Shown here one piece after another: positions 1 through 9,245 of a DNA stretch of 64,000 nt. The notes beneath the pieces were generated by a model. The model worked only from the letters and a program-made list of their open reading frames with translations. It searched no databases and was not told the origin of the DNA. The translations under genes were made by a program, and so were the position numbers. Source of the DNA: an uncultured Actinomycetes bacterium (GTDB lineage Bacteria; Actinomycetota; UBA4738; HRBIN12); NCBI GenBank assembly GCA_963704725.1, contig OY969934.1, forward strand, positions 224,001 through 288,000, read 5' to 3'. Each line of letters opens with the position of its first letter. Position 1 is the first letter of the stretch.

Positions 1-378
1 GTGGGCATCGAGGAGGAGATCGTCTCGAGCCTGGAGCTCCCGTACCGGGTCGTGAACGTCGCCGCCGGCGACCTCGGCGGGAGCGCCGCGAAGAAGCTCG
101 ACATCGAGGTCTGGCTTCCCGGGCAGGGAAGGTACCGGGAGCTGACCTCGTGCTCGAACTGCACCGACTACCAGGCGCGCCGGCTGCAGGCGCGGCTCCG
201 CCGAGCCTCGGGCGAGATCGAGGTCCTGCACACCCTGAATGGGACGGCTACGGCTGTGGGTCGCACGCTGATCGCGATCCTGGAGAACCACCAGCAGGCA
301 GACGGCGCGGTGGAGCTCCCGAAGGCCCTCCACGCCTACCTCCCCGAGCGCCTGCGGGAGCTTCGTCCTCGCTCGTAG
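1..378 (+). CDS. serS: Seryl-tRNA synthetase, C-terminal part (5' truncated by window)
   Basis: [16 protein letters not shown] and [12 protein letters not shown] motifs of class II SerRS. Confidence 0.97.
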   Translation: MGIEEEIVSSLELPYRVVNVAAGDLGGSAAKKLDIEVWLPGQGRYRELTSCSNCTDYQARRLQARLRRASGEIEVLHTLNGTATAVGRTLIAILENHQQADGAVELPKALHAYLPERLRELRPRS

Positions 379-424
379 GAGCTTCCGTCTTGCTCACCCG
401 GGCCGCCCGCCATAGCGTGGCGGC

Positions 425-1849
425 TTGAACGCGGAGCGGGAACCGTTCGTCGACCCGGCCGCCCTCCGGCGGATCTTCGACCAGTTGCCCGTGGTGACCT
501 TCGAGCTGCGCCGGGGCGGCCGGCCCGAGGACATGTACTTCACCTACCTGAGCCGCCAGGTCGAGCAGATCACCGGCTATCGCTCCGAGGACGTGATGGG
601 CGACGTCGAGATGTTCTCCCGCGCCGTCCACCCCGAGGATCGAGCCCGCGTGGTGGCCGAGGTGCTGCGGGCCTCCGGCGAGATCGACCGCTTCGACTCC
701 GTGTTCCGGATCGTGGGCCCAGACGGGCGGCTGACCTGGCTCCACGCCCGCGCCACGCCGGCCACCAGCGAGGAGGGCGAGCTTCGATGGTTGGGGGTCG
801 CCCTGGACGTGACCGAGCAGAAGCAGGCCGAGGAGGCGCTCCGTGCCGCCGAGGAGCGGTACCGGGCCGTCGTGCAGAACTCGTGGGACCTCATCGTGCT
901 CGCCGATCGCCAGGGCACGATCGTGTACGCCTCACCCTCCCATCGCGCCGTGCTGGGAGTCGATCCGACGGCGCTCGTCGGCCGCGACGCTCACGAGCGG
1001 GTCGGACCCGCGGACGTGGTCAACTCACGGGACACGTTCGAGGAGGCCCTGCAAGGGATCCGGGGAGCGCCGGTCCGGTACTCGATGCGGCGGGAGGACG
1101 GTCACGAGATCGTGCTCGAGGGCTCGGGATGGCAGCCCGTGTTCGACGACGCCGGCGGCGTCAAGCTGGTCCTGGGGATCGCCCGGGACGTCACGGCGCG
1201 CGTCCGGGCCGAGCGCGAACGGGCCGAGCTGTTCGCCAAGATCGTCGCAGCGCAGGAGCAGGAACGCTCGCGCATCGCCACCGACCTGCACGACGATCAT
1301 GTGCAGGCGATGACGGCGCTGGGACTCCAGATCGGCACGCTCGCGCACGGGATCACCGACCCGGCGACGCGGGATCGGCTGGCGGACCTCGGGAACTCGG
1401 TCGAGGAGGCCGTGGGACGGCTGCGGCACCTCATGTTCCAGCTGTGGCCGCCGGCGCTCGAGAGCGGTGGGCTCGCCGCGGCGATCGACGAGTACCTGGC
1501 GCGGGAGTTCGGGAACACCTTGGCCTACGACGTGCGGAGCTCGCTGGCGCAGGAGCCGCCGCTCCCGACGCGCATCGTCGCGTACCGGATCATCCAGGAG
1601 GCGCTCCAGAACGTCCGCAAGCACGCTCGAGCCTCCAACGTGCTGGTCCTGCTGACGCTCGATCGTGGCCACCTCGTCGTGCGGGTCGAGGACGACGGCG
1701 TGGGGTTCGCGCCGGGCGAGGATCCGGACCCCAAGCACATCGGCCTGCGTTCGATGCGGGAGCGCGCGGAGCTGGGCGGGGGGTCGTTCCACGTCGGGCC
1801 GCGGTCGCCGGCGGGGACCGCTGTGGGGTTCCGGCTCCCGATCTCCTAA
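425..1849 (+). CDS. Cytoplasmic sensor histidine kinase (2 PAS + HisKA_3 + HATPase), NarX/DosS-like class
   Basis: PAS/PAC motifs, ERSRIATDLHDD H-box, QEALQNVRKHA N-box, VEDDGVGF G-box; TAGCGT -10-like hexamer 6 nt before the TTG start. Confidence 0.92.
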   Translation: MNAEREPFVDPAALRRIFDQLPVVTFELRRGGRPEDMYFTYLSRQVEQITGYRSEDVMGDVEMFSRAVHPEDRARVVAEVLRASGEIDRFDSVFRIVGPDGRLTWLHARATPATSEEGELRWLGVALDVTEQKQAEEALRAAEERYRAVVQNSWDLIVLADRQGTIVYASPSHRAVLGVDPTALVGRDAHERVGPADVVNSRDTFEEALQGIRGAPVRYSMRREDGHEIVLEGSGWQPVFDDAGGVKLVLGIARDVTARVRAERERAELFAKIVAAQEQERSRIATDLHDDHVQAMTALGLQIGTLAHGITDPATRDRLADLGNSVEEAVGRLRHLMFQLWPPALESGGLAAAIDEYLAREFGNTLAYDVRSSLAQEPPLPTRIVAYRIIQEALQNVRKHARASNVLVLLTLDRGHLVVRVEDDGVGFAPGEDPDPKHIGLRSMRERAELGGGSFHVGPRSPAGTAVGFRLPIS

Positions 1850-3660
1850 TGGCTCTCCGGGTCGCGCTCGAGCCGGACGACCGTGTCATCCGCCGGCGCC
1901 GCGTGCCGCGCTCGCGACGGCGCCGTCCGCCCGCGCCCTTCGTCGGAGTGCCGGGCGGAGGTCACGTCGACGATGATGCCCTGCACCTCGCGGGGCGCGC
2001 CGCCCGGCAGCCGTGAGACGACGACACCCTGATCGCGCACCCAGCGGACCCGGCCGTCCCGACGCACGACGCGGTACTCCATCGCGAACGGCTCGCCCGT
2101 CTCGCGGATCTTGGACGCGATCCGGAAGACGCGCTCACGGTCGCCCTCGTGCACGGTCGAACGCCACGCGCTCGCCGTCCGGACGTCGCCGGGCTGGTAG
2201 CCGAGCATCGCCGTGATCTGGGGGCTCACGTAGGTGAGGTCGCCGGTTCGAGCGTCGAGGACGTAGATGATCCCGGGGACCTGCTCGGCGAGCCCACGGA
2301 AGCGGGCCTCGTTCTCCCGGGCGCTCGCCTCCGCCTCCTTCCGCCCCGTGATGTCGATGGCCACGCCCTGGAACAGGTGCGGCCGCCCCCCGTCGTCCCG
2401 CGAGATCAGCACCGCTTCGTCCAGCACCCACACGATCCGCCCGTCCTTACGCAGGTAGCGGTACTCCATGGAGAAGGGCTCGCCGGTGGTCTCGGAGCGC
2501 ATGGTGGCGGCGAGCACGGCGGTCCGGTCGTCGGGGTGCAGCCGCGACATCCAGAAGTCCGGTGTGCGGCACCACTCCTCGGCGGTGAAGCCGAGCATCT
2601 CCTCGACGCGCGGGCTCATGTAGTCCCGGCGTTCGACGTCCTGCGATCCGTCCGTCTGCCAGACGTAGGTGACCGCCGGGATCTGCTCGGCGAGGAGGCG
2701 ATAGCGGTGCTCGGCGGCGCGGAGGTCCTCCTCCACTCGCCGGCGCTCGGAGATCTCGAGCATCAGGAGCTCGTTCGCCTCCTCGAGCTCCGCGGTGCGC
2801 TCCAGGACGCGATGCTCGAGGTCGTCTCGCGCCGCCCGCAGGTCCTCCTGCGCGAACTGGAGCTGGGTGACGTCGAGCTGCACGCCGAGCCAGTAGAGCG
2901 GCTTCCCGGCCTCGTCGCGGACGAGATTGGCGACGTCCCGGAACCAGACGGCGCGGCCGTCGCTGGCGATGAGGCGATACTCCTGGCTCCACGGCTTCCC
3001 GGTGTCGTTGTGGTCGTCGTGGTCGGCGAGCGTGATCTCGCGGTCGTCCGGGTGCAGGAGCTCCATCCAGATGTCAGGCTGGTCGAGCCATTCGTCCCTC
3101 GTGTACCCGAGCGCCCGCTCCACTTGGGGGCTCACGTAGAGGGTCCGGCGGTCGTCGTCGTTCGCCACCAGGTAGACCACGGCGGGGATGTTCTCGACCA
3201 GGAACCGGTACCGCTCCATCGACTCCTTCAGCGCCTGCTCGATGGACTTGGAGATGCTGATGTCCTCCAGCAGGCCGTGTCGGAAGAGCGGCTGGCCGGA
3301 GTCGGTGCGCACGAGCGCGCAGCGATCGCGCACCCAACGTACCTCGCCGTCGGTGGCGAGCCACCGGTACTCGGCCTCGAACGGCTCCTCGCGGTCGACG
3401 GCTCCGTCCCGCGCCCGCAGCACCCATTCGCGGTCGTCCGGATGGATGCAGCGCCCCCACAACTCGCGATCGGCGAGGAAGTCCGCCTGCGTGTGGCCGA
3501 ACATCTCGAGGCACTGCGGGCTCACGTAGAGCGACCGCGGATGGTGCTCGTTGGAGTGGATGTAGACGACCGCCGGGACCTGCTCGACGAGGCTGCGATA
3601 CAGCAGCGTGTCGCTGGCCGCGCGGAGCGCGTCCAGGGTGTGCTTCGCCGGGTCGTCCAT
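1846..3660 (-). CDS. Four-PAS-domain protein with central coiled coil and no output domain
   Basis: Four YR.L.EQ.P...Y.SP....HPDDR...EYR...W.RD-type repeats; VLERTAELEEAN helix; start set at ATG 3660 because the longer ORF runs antisense through the tRNA. Confidence 0.85.
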   Translation of the reverse strand: MDDPAKHTLDALRAASDTLLYRSLVEQVPAVVYIHSNEHHPRSLYVSPQCLEMFGHTQADFLADRELWGRCIHPDDREWVLRARDGAVDREEPFEAEYRWLATDGEVRWVRDRCALVRTDSGQPLFRHGLLEDISISKSIEQALKESMERYRFLVENIPAVVYLVANDDDRRTLYVSPQVERALGYTRDEWLDQPDIWMELLHPDDREITLADHDDHNDTGKPWSQEYRLIASDGRAVWFRDVANLVRDEAGKPLYWLGVQLDVTQLQFAQEDLRAARDDLEHRVLERTAELEEANELLMLEISERRRVEEDLRAAEHRYRLLAEQIPAVTYVWQTDGSQDVERRDYMSPRVEEMLGFTAEEWCRTPDFWMSRLHPDDRTAVLAATMRSETTGEPFSMEYRYLRKDGRIVWVLDEAVLISRDDGGRPHLFQGVAIDITGRKEAEASARENEARFRGLAEQVPGIIYVLDARTGDLTYVSPQITAMLGYQPGDVRTASAWRSTVHEGDRERVFRIASKIRETGEPFAMEYRVVRRDGRVRWVRDQGVVVSRLPGGAPREVQGIIVDVTSARHSDEGRGRTAPSRARHAAPADDTVVRLERDPESH

Positions 3661-3721
3661 CGCCCGCCAATGGTGCCAGAATCCGCGCTTGGAGTGAAGC
3701 GCCGCTGCTACGCTCGCCCCC

Positions 3722-3811
3722 GGGAGGGTGGCCGAGCGGACGAAGGCGGCGGTCTTGAAAACCGCTAGCGGGGCAACTCGCTCCCGGGTTCGAATCCCGG
3801 CCCTCCCGCCA
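3722..3811 (+). tRNA. tRNA-Ser(TGA)
   Basis: GGGAGGG/CCCTCCC acceptor stem, CT-TGA-AA anticodon loop, long variable arm, GGTTCGAATCC T-arm, encoded CCA. Confidence 0.97.
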
Positions 3812-3957
3812 TCCACCTGCGGTGCTGCGTGACCCTCCGGCCGTGGAGTTGAGAGTCGCAGGATCGACCCGACCCGGGATACCCGAGAACGACCGGCGCC
3901 CGCTCGGGGCTCGCCACGTCGGTCCAGGCGGGAGCCCTGTCGCCGGGAGATGACGGC

Positions 3958-6219
3958 TCACAACTCACACTGGTTGACCTGCTCCCCGGCCACGTTGTCG
4001 CAGGTGTCCGTCCCCTTCCCACCATCGAACGTGTCGACGCCGTCGCCACCGACCAGCGTGTCGTCGCCACCTCGTCCCACCAGATCGTCGTCCCCGCCCA
4101 GGCCGGAGAGCACGTCGTCGTCCGGCGAGCCCGTGAGCGAATCGGCGAACGCGGACCCCCCCACCGCCTCGAACCCGGTGAGGACGTCACCGGTCGCGTC
4201 GCCACCCGAGTAGGTCTGCGTGTCGAGGTTGATCGTGACACCGGCGCTCGAGAACACGTAGTTCACGAGGTCGATGCCTGCTCCACCGCGAAGGTCGTCG
4301 GCCCCGGCCATCCCGATGAACGTGTTGTCCTGGGCGTCGCCCGTCAGCGAGTCCGCGAACGCGGAGCCGATGACCCCCTCCACCTCGGACACGATGTCGC
4401 CGGTGGCGTCGCCGCCGCTGAACGACGAGGTGACGAGGTCCACCGTGATCGCCGCCGGAGATTCCTCGTACGCCACGAGGTCGGTCCCGGCGCCCCCTTC
4501 CAGCACGTCGCCACCGCCGCCGCCGGTGAGCACGTCCTCGCCGTCCAGGCCGGTGAGCACGTTCGCGTTGGCGTCACCGGTGAGCCAGTCGCCGAAGGCG
4601 CTTCCCCGGAGGTTCTCGACCTTGACGAACTCGTCGCCATCCGCGTCTCCGCCCGAGGCGCTCCCGGCGGCGAGGTCGACCACGATCCCGTCGCCGGAAC
4701 CCTCGTAGTCCAGGGTGTCGACGTCGCCACCTCCCCGCAGGTCGTCGGCTCCCGGTCCACCAACCAGGGTGTCGTCGCCGCCCTCCCCGTAGACGACGTC
4801 GTCGCCCGCTCCGGCGTCGATGAAATCGTCCCCTCCCCGGCCACAGATGACGTCCCTTCCGGACGTTCCCTGGAGGACGTCGTCGCCGACCGTCCCGACG
4901 ATCGTGCATCCCGTCGGATCCTTGACGAACACGTCGAGGATCGTGTCGCCGTCGTCGGGATGCAGGTTCGTGGCCTCCGACTGGAAGGCCACGTGCTCGC
5001 CTCGCCCCGAGATGCTCGGCTGGTAGCTGCGGCCGTTCCCCTTGGCACCCTCGCCGGACGTCGAGACCAGGACGAGGTTCCCCGTCCGCAGGTCCTTGGC
5101 GTAGATGTCCAGGTCCGGATCGGTGTCGCCGGGATCCAGATTGGTCGCGGAGGAGGTGAACGCCACCCATCGGCCGCTGCCCGAGATCTGCGGGTTGAAG
5201 CTGTTCCCGTTCCCCTTCACGCCGTCGTCGGACGTGGACGCGAGCTGGATGTCGCCGGTGAGGATGTCCTTCACGAACACGTCCTCGATCTGGTCCGTGT
5301 CCTCCGGGACCAGGTTGTGCGAGAGCGAGGAGAAGGCGACGGTGGTGCCGTTGCCCGAGAGGGTCGGGTCCGCGCTGTTTCCCAGGCCCTTGACTCCGGT
5401 GTCCGACGTCGAGACCAGGAAGAGGGAACCATCGGAGAGGCGCTTGACGTAGACGTCGGTCAGGAGGTCGGTGTCCGTCGGAGAGAGGTTCGTCGCGCTG
5501 GTTGCGAACGCCACGTACTTGCCCGATCGAGCGATCGAGGGAGTCCCGAAGATGACCCCGTTGGCCTCCACTCCGGCGAGGGACGTCGACGCAAGGACGA
5601 GGGTACCGCTCGAAAGGTCCTTCACGTAGAGGTCTGCCTGCACGTCGGCCGCAAGGGGATCGAGGTTCGTCGAGACGGAGAGGAACGAGACCCGGTCGCC
5701 CCCACCGGAAACGTCCGGATCGAAGGAGTTCCCGTCTCCCTTGACCCCCCCACCCGAGATCGACGCCAGAACGACGTCTCCGGTGGCGAGGTCCTTCACG
5801 TACACGTCCGAGGTGATGTCGGTATCGCCGGGGTCGAGGTTCGTGGCGTTCGACACGAAGGCGACGAACCCGCCGTCTCCCGACATGGCGGGAGAAACGC
5901 TCAGGCCGTTGGCCTTGATCTCGGAGTCCGAGGTCGAGGCCAGGATGAGGTCGCCGCTCGCCAGGTCCTTCACGTAGACGTCGCTGACGGCATCTCCATC
6001 CGCAGGATCGAGGTTCGTCGAGAGTGAGCTGAAGGCGATGGCGGTGCCGGATGCGGCGAGGTCTGGGTAGGAGCCGCCGTCGTTCCCCTTGACTCCTGCA
6101 TCCGACGTGGAGGCGAGATTCGGGGCTTCCTCGAGCGCGACGGCGGACGCGATGGCGGGTGGCAGCAGCAACGACGCGCCGAGCGCGATCACGACGAACG
6201 GCACGGAGTGCTTCCTCAT
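3958..6219 (-). CDS. Secreted TolB-like beta-propeller protein with hemolysin-type Ca-binding (GGxGxD) repeats
   Basis: Signal peptide; ~62-aa repeats F.S.ATNL...DTD...DVYVKDL; many GGxGDD nonapeptides. Confidence 0.88.
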   Translation of the reverse strand: MRKHSVPFVVIALGASLLLPPAIASAVALEEAPNLASTSDAGVKGNDGGSYPDLAASGTAIAFSSLSTNLDPADGDAVSDVYVKDLASGDLILASTSDSEIKANGLSVSPAMSGDGGFVAFVSNATNLDPGDTDITSDVYVKDLATGDVVLASISGGGVKGDGNSFDPDVSGGGDRVSFLSVSTNLDPLAADVQADLYVKDLSSGTLVLASTSLAGVEANGVIFGTPSIARSGKYVAFATSATNLSPTDTDLLTDVYVKRLSDGSLFLVSTSDTGVKGLGNSADPTLSGNGTTVAFSSLSHNLVPEDTDQIEDVFVKDILTGDIQLASTSDDGVKGNGNSFNPQISGSGRWVAFTSSATNLDPGDTDPDLDIYAKDLRTGNLVLVSTSGEGAKGNGRSYQPSISGRGEHVAFQSEATNLHPDDGDTILDVFVKDPTGCTIVGTVGDDVLQGTSGRDVICGRGGDDFIDAGAGDDVVYGEGGDDTLVGGPGADDLRGGGDVDTLDYEGSGDGIVVDLAAGSASGGDADGDEFVKVENLRGSAFGDWLTGDANANVLTGLDGEDVLTGGGGGDVLEGGAGTDLVAYEESPAAITVDLVTSSFSGGDATGDIVSEVEGVIGSAFADSLTGDAQDNTFIGMAGADDLRGGAGIDLVNYVFSSAGVTINLDTQTYSGGDATGDVLTGFEAVGGSAFADSLTGSPDDDVLSGLGGDDDLVGRGGDDTLVGGDGVDTFDGGKGTDTCDNVAGEQVNQCEL

Positions 6220-6391
6220 GGTGTCCCCTCTCGACCGGGCCTTGCGGACCAGCCGAGGCTAGGGACCCCTCGCGCCCGTGACGAGAGGGTTTCCCCTACG
6301 GTCTTCGCGCTCACCCCCCTGGGTGGTCGCCCGACCCCGGCGCCCACTCGATCGGACGGACACGAAGCGCAGGACCCCCCAGCGGGCTGAT

Positions 6392-7735
6392 TCAGGACGA
6401 GGAGGGCATGCCCGGCACGAGTACGACCACCGCGGCAAGGAGGCACCACGCCGTCGCCAGGCCGCTCGCAGCCCGGGCGCCCGCCACCCCCCCGGGGACC
6501 CGGAAGGGGCGCGGCACGTCCGGCATCGATCGCCGAAGGCGCACCAACGCCGGGAAGACCGCGACGTTTGCCAGCGCGAGGAGCGCGATCGACAGGGCGA
6601 GGACGATCCCGAAGTAGCGATCGCCGTCGTCACCGGTGATCGCGAAGGCCGTTGCCGAGGTCACCGTCGCGACCACGCCGGAGAGCAGCAGCATCGCCAC
6701 CGGAGTGCCGGTGCGAGGTGAGAAGCGGCCCAGCCGTTGCGGACCCGCGCCATCCAGGCACGCGACCGCTTGACTCCTCGCCGAGCTCATCACCCAGGCC
6801 AGCCCGTTGGTGAGCAGGACCAGCAGGAAGCTCGCTGCTGCGAGGGTGCCGAGGATGCTGCCCGCGCCCGTGAGAACGTGCCGCCCGTCGGCCGTCTCAT
6901 AGCCGCCGTACACCGTGAACACCGCCTTCATCGCGTCGATGAAGCCTCCGAGCCCGGTGATGCGCCCCGTCGGCAGGACGACGAGGATCGCGAGCGTCGG
7001 CACGCCGTACATGAGGACGGTGAGGATCCCCGCGCGCCAGATCGCCGCCGGAACATCACGCCGCGCGTCGCGCATCTCCCCGGCGGCGGAGGAGGGCAGC
7101 TCGAAGCCGAGGAAGCAGTACACGAGCACCGGCGCCACGACGACCAAGCCGCCCCAGGCGGGCATGAACCCCGTCGCGCTCACGCCGTGCAGGCCGTGGG
7201 CGAGGGCGTAGACGACGACGGTCCCGGTGAAGAGCCCGAGCAGCGCGAATTGCGTGATCGCGCCCGTCGCCGTGACCCACCTCCCCTTCGAGATGGGCAT
7301 CACGGCGGCGAGGATGGCGGTCCAGACGAATGCGAGCGCGACCTCGACGCGAACGGCACCGTGCAGCGGCACCACGAACTCGTTCGTGACGGTGACGGCC
7401 GTGATGGCCAGGGAGCCGCCGAGCCAGACGGGAGCCTCGATCCAGTAGCAGAAGGAGCTCAGGGCGCCGACGAGGCGGCCGAAGGCGAGCGCCACCCAGA
7501 CGTACGGGGCACCCTCCATCGGGAACGCCGACCCGAGCTCGGCCACGACGAGGGCGGCGGGGACGAAGAACAGCGCGGCGACGACCGCCAGCCAGGTCAG
7601 GGCCTCCGCACCGCCGCTGGCGACGGCGCCGATCGTGTCGATGGCGACGATCCCGGTGACGAGGAGCCAGACGGCGTCGAAGCGGCCGAGCTCGCGCCGG
7701 AGCCGGAGCCCGCCCGTCCACGCGATCGTCTCCAC
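6392..7735 (-). CDS. APC-family amino acid/polyamine permease
   Basis: LRRELG N-terminus, FLGFELPSSAAGEM motif, about 12 hydrophobic segments. Confidence 0.9.
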   Translation of the reverse strand: METIAWTGGLRLRRELGRFDAVWLLVTGIVAIDTIGAVASGGAEALTWLAVVAALFFVPAALVVAELGSAFPMEGAPYVWVALAFGRLVGALSSFCYWIEAPVWLGGSLAITAVTVTNEFVVPLHGAVRVEVALAFVWTAILAAVMPISKGRWVTATGAITQFALLGLFTGTVVVYALAHGLHGVSATGFMPAWGGLVVVAPVLVYCFLGFELPSSAAGEMRDARRDVPAAIWRAGILTVLMYGVPTLAILVVLPTGRITGLGGFIDAMKAVFTVYGGYETADGRHVLTGAGSILGTLAAASFLLVLLTNGLAWVMSSARSQAVACLDGAGPQRLGRFSPRTGTPVAMLLLSGVVATVTSATAFAITGDDGDRYFGIVLALSIALLALANVAVFPALVRLRRSMPDVPRPFRVPGGVAGARAASGLATAWCLLAAVVVLVPGMPSSS

Positions 7736-7911
7736 CGGCCGGACGGTATGGTCCGGCGACGAGTGGTAGCGACGGGGATTCCCCTAGAGTTGACCCGCGA
7801 ACCCCTACCATCGATCCGGGCCGATCCGGGGCGGGGCTGTTGGCCGGATCCCTCACGCACGGCGACGGTTCCGTCGGCATCCAGGCCGAGCGGCAGCGGG
7901 GACGGCCAGCT

Positions 7912-8427
7912 TCACTCGTCGGGCAGCCAGGCCTGTTCGTACGTCATCGCCGATCCCAGCTCGTTCCTCGCCTCTTGGTGGAGCAGGGTCCCGGTCCACG
8001 AGCGCCATGTTCGTGGCGACAGTTCCAGCGCCACGTCGTCGAGCTTCGACCATGCCCGCTCGATCGCCTCGGTGGCGCCCGGTACGAGGTATTTCGCGCG
8101 CAGGCGTCGATTGAGCTCCTGGGCATCAGCGCCGTCGATGACCCTCGCGACGCCCTCCCCGGCGACCATGAGGGTCCGACCGGTGGAGGCGCGGGCCTGC
8201 ACGAGGAAGGTGGTGGTGGGACGCGCACGGACGTTCCGGGCCTTCCGCGTCACCGACGATGTCTCGACGTACACGCGCCCCTGATCGTGGAGGAACAGGA
8301 CGTACGTGAGGTGGATCGAGCCGTCCTCGTTCAGCGTCCCCATCGTCGCCGCGACACGCTTCGACAGGACGTCCTCGATCTCCTCAGGGCTCGGATGAAG
8401 CCGATAGACCTCCGTCGCCGTTGCCAG
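7912..8427 (-). CDS. Pyridoxamine 5'-phosphate oxidase-like (split-barrel, FMN/F420-binding) protein
   Basis: GTLNEDGSIH...TRKARNVRARP motif; probable CTG start at 8427 after GGGAGG (first ATG 8343). Confidence 0.8.
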   Translation of the reverse strand: MATATEVYRLHPSPEEIEDVLSKRVAATMGTLNEDGSIHLTYVLFLHDQGRVYVETSSVTRKARNVRARPTTTFLVQARASTGRTLMVAGEGVARVIDGADAQELNRRLRAKYLVPGATEAIERAWSKLDDVALELSPRTWRSWTGTLLHQEARNELGSAMTYEQAWLPDE

Positions 8428-8546
8428 GTCTTCACCTCCCCGTGTCGTGGTCGCCCAACCTAGCCCATCGATCCGCGGATCCGCGCGGGCAACGGAGTCC
8501 CATCTCCTCTGCCGTCCTCCCTCAGGAGGTCAGGATGCTACGATGG

Positions 8547-8564
8547 AAACTGACCAGTCGGTTT
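8547..8564. promoter_or_regulatory. Putative TetR operator AAACTGAC-CA-GTCGGTTT just downstream of a TACGAT -10 box
   Basis: Imperfect 18-bp palindrome between divergent genes, upstream of tetR. Confidence 0.6.
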
Positions 8565-8614
8565 GCAAGTCGCTCTGACCGTGGGATTCGGCCACCAGGC
8601 CGGGAGGCGATGCG

Positions 8615-9211
8615 GTGCCACGCTTGGCTCCATCCGTCCGAAACGAGCGTCGTCAGCAGCTGATCGATGCCGCGTGGCGGTGTGCCTCGCGGCGGGGTTT
8701 CCAGTCGCTCACGGTGGACGAGGTCTGCGAGGAGGCGGGGGTCTCCAAGGGCTCCTTCTACGGCTACTTCGATCAGAAGCAGGACCTGCTCCTCGCGCTC
8801 CTGGAGGACGACGCCGCGGGCGTCGACGCGATCATGCAGGACGTTCGCCGATCCGACGCCACGGGCGTCGAGCGACTGCGTCGACTGGTCCGAGCGATGC
8901 TCGAGCGTGGCGAGGATCCAGCGCGGCTGCAGGTTCGCGCCGACCTGTGGGCGGAGATGTCCGCGAACCTTGCGGTTCGTGAACGGTTCGCCGAGGTGGT
9001 CCGCGATCGCCGTATCGCGCTGAGATCCTGGATCGAGGAGAGCATCGAACGTGACGAGCTGGCCGCGATCCCGGCGAACGCGCTCGCGGCCATCCTGCTG
9101 GCTCTCGGCGACGGCTTGATGCTCCACGCGGGGTTGGACCCCGCGGGGTTCCGATGGGCGAACGTCCAACGAGCCCTCGCCGCCCTTCTCGACGGTCTCG
9201 CACAGCCGTGA
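8615..9211 (+). CDS. TetR/AcrR family transcriptional regulator
   Basis: N-terminal HTH TVDEVCEEAGVSKGSFYGYF. Confidence 0.95.
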   Translation: MPRLAPSVRNERRQQLIDAAWRCASRRGFQSLTVDEVCEEAGVSKGSFYGYFDQKQDLLLALLEDDAAGVDAIMQDVRRSDATGVERLRRLVRAMLERGEDPARLQVRADLWAEMSANLAVRERFAEVVRDRRIALRSWIEESIERDELAAIPANALAAILLALGDGLMLHAGLDPAGFRWANVQRALAALLDGLAQP

Positions 9212-9245
9212 GCATCCTGCGGAACCCGATCCAGGTGCGGGACGC

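Noticed and set aside
3661-3816. N-terminal extension of the PAS protein (MDGGRAGIRTRERV...)
   Set aside because: It is the antisense reading of tRNA-Ser(TGA)
3958-4900. RTX toxin with type I secretion
   Set aside because: No T1SS or acyltransferase genes; the protein has a Sec signal peptide and such Ca-binding repeat proteins are common in this phylum
4920-6110. Regularly spaced ~186-bp DNA repeats (possible CRISPR or array)
   Set aside because: They are degenerate coding repeats of beta-propeller blades; no identical repeats with unique spacers and no cas genes
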